A stretch of 55,499 nucleotides of DNA, counting the filler, from Dimargaris cristalligena (Eukaryota): NCBI GenBank assembly GCA_003614675.1. It is 4 parts of 4 records of this genome, joined end to end, with 100 filler letters (N's around TTAATTAATTAA, not from the genome) between each part and the next. Parts side by side here need not be neighbours in the genome. Positions count along the whole stretch, not along the records: positions 41,734 to 55,499 come from ML002979.1; 3 more parts are not named here. One strand, 5' to 3'. Shown piece by piece: positions 46,231-55,499 of the stretch. The number at the start of each line of letters is the position of its first letter. Positions within the stretch are counted from its first letter, which is position 1. A program made the translations under genes and the position numbers. The notes beneath the pieces were generated by a model that did not search any database, was not told where the DNA came from, and worked only from the letters and a program-made list of their open reading frames with translations.

Positions 46231-49200
46231 ATGGGTCAGCCTCATTCCACAGTATTAGCGTCCGCGTCGAGCGGATTCACGGCCATTGGGACTGATGGTC
46301 TGGTCACCGAACTGGAGGGCGACATTCAGTACCAGAAGAGGTAGGTATCTTAATTTCCTATGGGGGTATGCCCCAAACGAATAGACCCTGTTTCCCTATT
46401 GCATTACCCCGACATGCCTGTGTAAGCACTACCAGCCCCTCGACGGTCCGCTAGTTTAAGTTCTAGCCTCAGCCCTTATAGTAAAGCATGATGCGACACC
46501 CAGCCCTTGTCCCACCAATGAACGACTAGGCAATACAGACCCGTCCCTTTACCTAATACCGACCACTAGACCCATGTCCAACCACTAACTGCATTCCCTT
46601 AGTTTAGGTAATGGCCAGTTCATGAAAACCATCCGTTGTCGGCACCCCAAGGAGGGCCTTACCGTGGTCAAACTCTTTGCCAAGCCCGAGTTGGGCATGG
46701 ATGTGTCGGGGGCCGTGCGCATCGTCAAGGAATACCACCAAGCCCTTATGAAGTTTCCTGGGGTCCTCTCGTATCCACTCACAGTTGAAACAGACCGCGC
46801 CGTATACCTGGCGCGGCAGTTCCTCTACTCTAGCCTGTACGACCGAATTAGTACCCGGCCTTTCCTGGAGACCACCGAGAAAATCTGGATTACCTATCAG
46901 TTAATGAGTAGCTTGCGCGATACCCACGCCCTTAACCTCTGTCACGGCGACATCAAATGCGAAAATGTGCTCATATCGAGCTGGAATTGGGCTTACCTAT
47001 GCGACTTTGCGCCTTATAAACCTACCTGGCTTCCCGAGGACAACCCTGCCAATTTTTCGTACTTTTTCGACACGTCCGCCCGCCGTACTTGTTATGTGGC
47101 TCCGGAACGGTTCGTAACGGGAAGTACCGGGGATTTAAGCGACTATGTTCGGCGGGGTGGCGGGGGAAACGATCCCCAATCGCCCTCCTTCATATTAGCC
47201 AATGGTCGCTCGAGTCTCCGGCCTGCCATGGATATTTTCGGACTAGGCTGTGTCATTGCTGAACTATTCCTCGAAGGGAAATCAATCTTCACCTTAGCCC
47301 AGCTTCTTCAGTACAAGGGGGGTGAATACGACCCCGGCCCGGAATTGGCCAAAATCCGCCACGAGCCCGTTCGAGCCCTTATTCAACGCATGATCCATCT
47401 CGATCCCAAACAGCGGCCGTCAGCCGCCCAATGCCTTCGGGATGGGGCTGAAGTTATATTCCCGGCGGTATACGGCGAGTTTCTATACCCTTACATGGCC
47501 GGGTTTGCTACATTTTTAGCGTCCCTCCAGCCCACTGATAGGACAGATGATTCCGTGCATCTATCCAGCCCCCCAGGCGCGGGCGCCGGTCCGTCGGAGC
47601 TGCCCAACTCGGCTCGCCATTTGGCTACCCTTTACTTTACCCACAGCGGAGTGGATGGTCCGTCCCAGACCAGCAATAGCCCTGCCACTCTGCCTACTGT
47701 TATTTTATGCTGCTCGGATGCACGTATTGATCGCATTTACCATGACTGGGATACCCTCTGCACCACACTCGACCTGCCCCTTCCCTCTCTACCCCCCTCG
47801 CCCAAAACCTCCGAATCCACTCCTACCTCGCCACCCCCGGCCCGCCTACCCCACCCCGCGGCCCTGATCCTCATTAGTCTCGTCACCGCCTGTCTTCGCA
47901 ACACCGCCTACCCGACCTCGAAGCGCCACGGCCTAGAGCTTCTGCTCTGGCTTGCGGCGGGGGCCTCTGACGACCATATTCTGAATCGGATTTTGCCCCA
48001 TGTCCTTAGTCTAGTTTCGGACGATAGTGCGGCTGTACGGCAGGCTGCCATTCATATCTTGACCCAACTCCTCACTATGGTGCGATCCCTCGCCCCCCAG
48101 GATGCCGACCTCTTTCCCGATTATCTTCTGCCTTCGCTGCGGGGCCTCTTGAATGACCCCGAACCGATGGTACGTATGGCCCTAGCGTCGTCCATGGCGG
48201 CCTTGGCCGAAACGGCGGTTCATTTTTTGGAGCAAAAGGCAGTGATGGGGCCCAACGCAAGCCACCAAATTTCCCAGAGTGATACCAGCAGTAGCCCGAT
48301 CGAGCCTGGGGCCAGAGGTAACAGTGGGTCGGTCTCGGCTCGTGGCAAGAAGCCCCTCTGGCTCCTACGACTTCAATTCCAAGGACTCATTACCCATTTA
48401 TTGACGGACACCCACCCCGGGGTGCGACGGGCCCTTCTTGTGGACATGACCCGCTTAGCCATCTTTTTCGGGCGCACCATGGCTAACGATTTCCTCCTAT
48501 CCCACGTCATCACCTTCCTTAATGACCGGGACTGGCACCTCCGCAGCGCATTCTTCGAAGCCGTGGTGGGAATCGCCGCGGTTGTGGGTCCCCGCAGCCT
48601 CGAGCTGTATATTCTGCCGCTCATGCAGCAGTCCCTGGCCGATGCCAACGAAGGGGTGGTGGAAAAAGTACTACACTGTTTTACGGCTCTGACGGAGACG
48701 GGGCTATTTGGGCAGTTGGCGCTGTGGGATTTATTCCAGCAGGTTTTACCGATGCTCTACCACCCGAACCCCGGGATTCGGTACGGAACGGTGGCCCTCG
48801 TAGCGGCCGTGGCCGCCCAACTCCCGGAAATCGACCGCTGGTGCCTGGTCGTCCCGGCTCTGGAGCCTTTCCTACAGGTAGATACCCTCGACATTACTTG
48901 CGGCACTCTCTTAGCGGGCTTAAAGCCACCCATCACCCGGCGACTCTTCCAAGAAATATTAGCCAAGCCCCTCCCACCGGAACTGTCTACCCCGGGGCGT
49001 GCCCCACTCTCGTCCGGTCCTCCCGACCCGAGTGATGCTGGTAGTATTGGTAACAGTAGCACGGGTAGCCCGTCGCTGGTGCCCCGGATTTTGCATCACC
49101 GAAGCCCCAGCCAAGAAAGCACTTATTCGTCTTCCGGAGATACTCAATATTCTTACCACCTGTCGGGGATTGGGGACCCTGTTGCCTGCCGTTGGCAGTA

Positions 49201-52200
49201 TCTGCGCAATGCCGAACCCCGGGACTATCCCAAACTGGATATCCTAGCGCCCTACATTGTCAAGCTGAAGGGCAGCGCCGCTTTACACCCTCGGACGACT
49301 GGGGGTGGGGGTGGTAGTGGAGTTCAGGCCGGAACCACGGGCTCCTTATCGGATGTCCTTAGCTTGGGCTCAGGCCCTAGTCATAGCCACAGCGGTGCGG
49401 GCGGGGATCGGCCGGGCGGGGGGTACTCCGTGGAACTGCGTGATTTGGGACTGACGCCCCATACGGTCTTTCTGACCCCCTGGGATGCCGAACGACCCGT
49501 CCTACCTGCTACGGGACCCGGACGCAATATTACTCCAGCGGGGGTTACTGTGGATCATTTCCGAACTATCCCCATTACCAAATCCATGTCTGCCTGTGTG
49601 TCCCCGGCCTTCCCATCTGTCGGTGGCCGGCCCATTGAGCGAATTGCTAGTGAGGGTGCTTTGCAGGGATATTCCCCCACTACCACTACTACCACTACAT
49701 CTTGTTCCACCCCTTCGTCACGCATATCCTCGGTGCTGACGGCCCAGACGGATATCCGGCGGACAATCTCCAAAGTGTCCGCTCTGGCCCCAGTCGTCAA
49801 TACCCATCCGGCGTCCATAGCCCGTACGCGGTCCCCGGTCAAAAGTCCGATTGATTTACCGGCGGTTGTGGGAATCCCACCCACAATGTCTGATGCCCCA
49901 CGGTCGGTCAGCCGCCTCACCAGTAAGGCGTCTCCGTCAGTGGTCGTGTCCCAATTGGAATCGGCTCCCCTCGTGCCCCCTAGTTCAGTGGCCACTACCC
50001 CCCTAGCGGGACCGGTGGCGGATCCTGTGCCGACGCAGTCCAACCCTTCGGCGATGCTGAGTTTAACGGATGCCCTCTATAGCGCATCGCTGGGTTCCTG
50101 GACGGGTTCGCCCCCGAATTCCCACGCAATCCCGCCCCTCTCTCTAGGCGAATCCACGAAGCAGCCCCCTCCTCTGGCCTACCGGCACCAGCTGCTTCAG
50201 CACCCACGGTTCGGTGATACGCCCACATCAAAATACCGACACATTTTGAGCGGTGCTACGGGCGGTGGATATTTCGATAGCCATTTGCCCCGATTGGCTA
50301 CGGGGGATCCGCAGGCCGAAGTGGTAGAAACGATGGCCACTGCAGTCGCCCCCACCTCGACCGCTGAACACCGGGGGGCTGGAGAAGGGTCCTCCCACCA
50401 AGACCGGGGCGAATCATTAGGAGCCCCTCGCCTCATCAATTTCCCCAGTCCCATTGAAGTCACCTCTCCGACCTCCGCACTGCACTGGCTGATCCACTAC
50501 GATGCCGGCCAAACCGTCAAAATCCTCCTCCGCAAAAAAGCCCTCGAGATCTTCCCCCGGCCCCTCCCGGAACTGGGTCCCGCCACCAACCCAGCGACCC
50601 TCACTCACTTCCGACGGTTAACCCAAGAGGCCATCCCATCGTTGCAGAGTTGGCGGCCCGAGGGTACATTGGTGGCCTTCTTTAAGGATCACACGGCTGC
50701 CATCAACGCCATTAGTCTATCCACCGACCAGGCCCTGTTCGCCACCGCCAGCGATGATATGACGGTCAAAGTGTGGGACTGCCTGCGGTTGGAGAAGCAT
50801 GTCCTCCACCGGGCCCGGTCTAGCTACGACCTGGGCGCCCGCGTGCAGAGTTTGACTTTCCTACAGGGAACGTATAGCCTGGCGGCGACAGGTGATGACG
50901 GGAGTATCCATTTGCTCCGGATCGATTCGCATGCGGTGGACACTCGCAACAAATACGGGACGTGTCAGTTGGTAAGGCGCAGTCAACTGTCGGTGACGAC
51001 GACGAATGGAGGGGCAGGAAACGGAGGACTGGGGGAGTATGCTATCCAAATTGCCCACGTGCAAGCGGAAAACCAATCCTATTTACTCGTAGCCACGACC
51101 GCCTCCCGACTCGTCGCCTTGGATATTCATACTCTTGACGAGCTATGGAGTGTCCATAATCCCCTCCGGTTCGGTTTAGTCACGGCGTTTGTCACTGATC
51201 CGCGCCGCACCTGGGTGCTGGTGGGGACCGCCAAGGGGGTACTCACCCTCTGGGACCTCCGGTTCCGTATCGCTGTCAAATCTTGGCAACACCCCCGACG
51301 GTCGCGCATTCACCAACTCAGCATGTATTTAGCGCCCGCCTCCCACGGGAAATGGGTCCTCGTGGCAACGGGCCGTAACGAAGTATCGGTGTGGGACGTC
51401 GAGTCGGAGTCCTGCCACGAGGTCTTCTGCGGCCAACAACAACAACGGTCGTGGGAGGAAATCCGGCTGGATGTGGCCCGGTATCCCTATGTGGCCCACC
51501 TGGCGCCGACTATCGAAGAGGCGCTGCGGGCGGCCCTGGTGGTGAGTAGTGGCACGGATGGTAGTAACAGTAGTGGTAGTGGTGGGTCGACGAACCCTAA
51601 TGCGGCTGATGCAACCATGGCCGTCGCTACGAGCTCGCACCATCCCGGAAGCGGGGATACGGCGGTGAATGCGGTGGTGTACCCTTCTAACGGTAAGTTC
51701 CTCCTTACCGCGGGTAGTGACCGTAAACTTCGGTACTGGGACTTGGAATGTATCGAGGAATCCTATGTGATTAGCGGCGGTGGCAGTGGTGGTGGTAAGG
51801 GCAATGGGCATGGATATGGATATGGGGGCACTACTACAGGAGTATCTGGGAATGGTCCTTATTTACCGAATGATGGCGGACCCTGTATTTACGAAGCCCA
51901 CCGAATGGGCCCTACGCGATTTTATACAGAAACTCCCCTATCCTTGGAAGCCATCGTGCCACCCTTATCACCGGCCCTTTCGGCCGCTTCCTCGTCGTCG
52001 GTTACCTCCATGGTGGCAGGTGCCCCTCGCCAGGGATCCCGACCCACCGCCCGGTCCTCCGGTTTCACAAAACTTATCGCGACGGGAATGGCCCTGGGCG
52101 GAGGAGGAAGTGGTGGTGGTAGTGGCACATCGGCGTCTGCGGCTATAGCTGCGACGAACAAACTCCGTCGGCGACCACGACCTCGCCCAGCGTTTGCCGA

Positions 52201-52297
52201 CCATGAAGATTGTATTACCGCGCTGCAGCTGACTGAAGTTCCTTACCCCATGATCATCAGCGGGGCTCGGAATGGGGTCATTCGGATTTTCATGTAA
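46231..52297 (+). CDS. VPS15: Vps15 / PIK3R4 (pseudo)kinase-HEAT-WD40 regulatory subunit of class III PI3K; exons 46231-46340 and 46603-52297, ~1934 aa
   Basis: Exon 1 starts MGQPHS (MGxxxS myristoylation consensus). A phase-2 GTAGGT...CTAAC...TAG intron follows. Motifs RQFLYSSLYDRISTRPFL, HGDIKCENVL and DFAPYKPTWLPEDNPANFSYFFDTSARRTCYVAPERF; HEAT region LSHVITFLNDRDWHLR; C-terminal WD40 repeats from WRPEGTLVA. Confidence 0.96.
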
Positions 52298-53893
52298 TCA
52301 TATGTGGTAAATATTATTATTATTTTGGTGAGTGTGTATGAGTAAAAGTATTAAACTGAGTTTTTATCCAAATTTCACTTTGCTGTACCATAAGTGATGA
52401 GGAGGAAGACTGTCCCATTCAATTGGACACCCTTTTATCTATATATATTTGTTTGGTTTGGTTGGCCGACTGTGGGTATCATGTTAGAAGTGTTCAACCC
52501 TGCTGTATAATTGACAAGCGGCTTGACGGGTTAGCTGCAAATGGTTCAAAATAAATAAATGCTTGGAACTCCCGAGAATATTTACATATTGCCAACCGAA
52601 GTCGAATGCATTAATAATCCCGGGGATCTAGAGATCGAGAGGTTGATTTTAGGGCCTGGTTTGTCGCTCTCTAAAGTGGTGTGGTTTCATTAGTCGTCTT
52701 GGTGGTTATTAATGGGTTTGAAACACCAGCACGGTTGAACTATTAACAGTAGATACCAATGGTATTTCTTCGAACATGACCAGAAGCCCAGTCTATATCG
52801 CCAACTCTCGCTTATCCTAACGCTACTACAGTTCTCAGAAAGTCTGGTTGAGATGGTCGTCCGCAAGAAATGTGGTAATAAGGGTAAATGGCGGGCGGTA
52901 ATGCTGACCGAATTGGCCAAATAAGTGCACCCAATTGGAGTTCCAATACATCTCCTGTGTTTTTTTTAGTCATTTACCAAGTGCATGCCCCAACTAACAA
53001 TGCCTTGCTTCTGGTCCCACTAGGCCGGCGAAATATACAATCACTAGATAAACAGTTGGCTAATCGGCTAACATACCACCCTATTCTCCCCAATTTAAAC
53101 TGCTCGGCTTCCGAACCACAGGGTGATCTGCCGATCGGCGCTAATCAACCTCTTCAGCAAGTGCATGCTTCTCTCCCCGGCTTACCCGGACTGCGAGCTA
53201 GAACCCGAAGTGGTCAGCTTACTATTTGAGCCTGCGGCGCCCTAGCCCTATCTCGTTGATTCAGGCGATATTGGAAGCCCCGGCTGGCGGGGTTATCGAA
53301 CCAGTCTACATTACGCCTAGATCTCATCTATTGTGGATGGCTCGGCTGGTAGCAGTGCAGGCGTGACGGATTACCTGCGCACGAAAGCCTCACGGTCAGA
53401 ATCAGTGATTTGTCCCAGTGACCTGGTGCCTCGGCTAACCCGTCAGCGGTTATTGGGTGAATACTTATTTGCGCTCTGACCCATACTCTATGGTAAATCC
53501 AATATTAATTGTGAAGTATTTAGTATCCCTCTCATAGTCCCACATTAATTAAAAAAAGAGCTGACTGGCCCGGGTTCATAAATATACACGTTTTGGTCAC
53601 ATAACCACCTGCTAATCATTTAATCATTATATTATTATCTCTTCCCCTCATCCTCCCTAACAGCATTTGGTATTTGCAAATGGGGACACCGGACATGGCT
53701 ACCCTGGGTTATTTCACTCGCAATAGAATCCCTTAGTTTCCTCTTATCCATTACTTCCAGTTGTAAGTGTGATGCGGGTGTCTCACTAGGCTCAAGCCTG
53801 GGGTTCACTAAATTAAGTCACCAGCCATGACTCTATCTGTATTATTTTTTATGCAGTCCACTTTACAAGTGGTTTACTAAACCCCATCTAGAC

Positions 53894-53952
53894 TGGGTCA
53901 TAAAGCAAAGCCAAAATAAGCCCCTCATTTTGTTGTTCAAGGGTATTCTGAG
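53894..53952 (+). pseudogene. Short copia-like RT remnant
   Basis: WVIKQ...K.(frameshift)HFVVQGYSE resembles copia WVFKxK...KARLVAQGYSQ. It lies in CpG-depleted DNA about 200 bp from LTR copy C. Confidence 0.35.
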
Positions 53953-54159
53953 TGACTACCAACCCCTTTGGGAGTTGTTCTAGTCCTATATGACAGGATC
54001 ATAGGCAAGTCATTGTGACTTGATATAGGCAGGTAGAGTAGCACATATACCTCTTTATTAGGGTAAGTACCTCTATTTAAACCTCTTACAGTACTGGATG
54101 GATATTCACATATTGGGAACAGGTGTGTAGTTTAAAATTAAATAGCTTTCTAATACTAT

Positions 54160-54742
54160 TAATGGACTATCTAATCTACCTTAATCTAGACACCTTAGTT
54201 CCCCCCCCTATAAGGCCTTATAGTACCATATTAACCTTCCCATGGTCACCCCTGATACTATGGGATTATCCTATATCATATAATCCTTCCCCTTGTAGAC
54301 TCTAGCCCTTTACACTAAAAACTCAAGTGCTGATCCAAAGACTCTTCCACTTACCATCAGAGTTTTCCAGATACTAGCAGCTGTCCAGTTGGCCTATTTA
54401 CCTACACTTTAGTATTAGTAGTACCCTTCCCCAGGACCTCCTTCTGGAGCTGTCCCCATGTATATATAACTGGGGCCCATTAGGACCAGTTAGATGCTTT
54501 AGCTTATTCTTACCCCCCAGTTTACCTTAATAAACTCTATATATACTTACTACCCCTTATACTGGCTAGTAAGTGTGCCCACTACACATCCCTTACCTAT
54601 ACTTATACTTAGCCTTTATTAGTTAGTACCTGTACCCTGTACCTAATACTAGAGCCTGCTTAGCCAAGTCTAAGCCCTGCCTACTATTAGAAGCCCATCC
54701 TCAGGACTCCTAACAGACTAAGAGTGGTTAACCCAGGTGATA
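54160..54742. mobile_element. LTR, copy C (~583 bp; same orientation as B; most TA-shifted copy)
   Basis: Colinear with 42395-42975 over its whole length. Termini are degenerate (TAATG...TGATA). No CpG seen. Confidence 0.78.
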
Positions 54743-55009
54743 AGAGGGTAAAGAAAAAAAATTCTGTAAAAATATTACTTTTCCTAAAGTAGAAAGGAAA
54801 AACTTTCTTGTAAAAATTTATTTCTCTATCTTTCTCCTTCTTTTATTCCTTCCTACCAGCTGACTCTATTTATTCTATTTTTCTAGTCAAAACTTTATCT
54901 ATACTATGTCTCTTTATATATATGCACAATAACTTTTCAGTTATTATAAACTATGAAGTATTCATTTAGTGTAATAAGTTATGATAATAAAATAACAGAT
55001 GTTGACAGT

Positions 55010-55135
55010 TGTTGTCCGAGTTAACCACCCTTAGTCCATTAAGAGTCCTGGGGTTAGGCTTCTAATGGTAGGCAGGGCTTAGGCTTGGCCAAGCAGGCTA
55101 CTAGCATTAGGTACAGAATGGTGCTAACCAATAAA
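55010..55135. mobile_element. LTR, copy D (truncated, ~125 bp; inverted relative to C)
   Basis: TGTTGTCCGAGTTAACCACCCTTAGTCC...GGCTTCTAATGGTAGGCAGGGCTTAGGCTTGGCCAAG...CTAACCAATAAA matches the corresponding end of copies A, B and C. Confidence 0.75.
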
Positions 55136-55499
55136 AACTTTGAGTGGTTGGTGTGTTGCTAATGATTTAAGGGGCTCTGCTGGGATGCCTTTGGGAGAGT
55201 CAGTAGGAGGGGGAACCTCCAGTATCTTCCCACTAAACAGCTCACCATATTTCGTTATATAATGTGGAGTGTTGGACCTTGCTGGGTTTGAGGGGGTTGA
55301 GACTGAGGTGGCCTTGGGGAAATCACCGCTGAGTTCCTGGTCATTCATTGCATTGTACATTGTTGTCTTGCATCATTGGTTGTTAAGAAAAATATAAAAT
55401 AAAAAAACATTATGATCAAATGGTGCAATCAATTGGGTACTCAGGGATACCAAAACTTCAAACTGAATGGATGAAAATAATAAAGTAAAATAGAATTGG

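Noticed and set aside
29820-52297. Apparent phosphoinositide cluster (YPP1, GRAM protein, VPS15)
   Set aside because: VPS15 is on a different contig across an artificial spacer.
52481-52510. ATGTTAGAAGTGTTCAACCCTGCTGTATAA resembling one arm of the 140-bp repeat (a weaker look-alike lies near 20060-20100)
   Set aside because: Needs gaps to align and has no matching second arm at the expected distance; left for a profile search.
52888-53460. CpG-rich island with broken ORFs downstream of VPS15 (possible ncRNA or pseudogene)
   Set aside because: No SRP, RNase P/MRP or snRNA motifs and no recognisable protein similarity by eye.

Overview
This is eukaryotic (fungal) genomic DNA with GT-AG spliceosomal introns. 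Its style suggests an early-diverging fungus, possibly Zoopagomycota/Dimargaritales-like; that is inference and was not verified. The window is not one locus. It is four contigs of decreasing size (13,832, 13,815, 13,786 and 13,766 bp) joined by artificial 100-nt spacers (N44-TTAATTAATTAA-N44), so synteny across the spacers is meaningless. Contig 1 carries mitochondrial ribosomal protein S16, a PIN-LIKES/auxin-efflux-family transporter, eIF1/SUI1 and an interrupted orphan secreted-protein gene. The eIF1 gene has a poor-context AUG and hosts an intronic C/D snoRNA of the SNORD46/snR63 type. Contig 2 carries ISU1, a metal-ligand-less SOD-fold mitoribosomal-type protein, an acidic orphan and a solo LTR. 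Contig 3 carries a partial PPIL3 cyclophilin, YPP1/TTC7, galactokinase and a GRAM-domain membrane protein. Contig 4 carries VPS15 flanked by decayed copia-like DNA and three more copies of the LTR. Non-coding highlights are: (1) a ~140-bp gap-free palindromic MITE-like repeat in 3 copies; (2) a ~580-bp LTR family whose copies show CpG loss and a CpA->TpA bias resembling repeat-targeted (RIP-like) mutation; (3) the intronic snoRNA. All gene models and alignments were made by eye.
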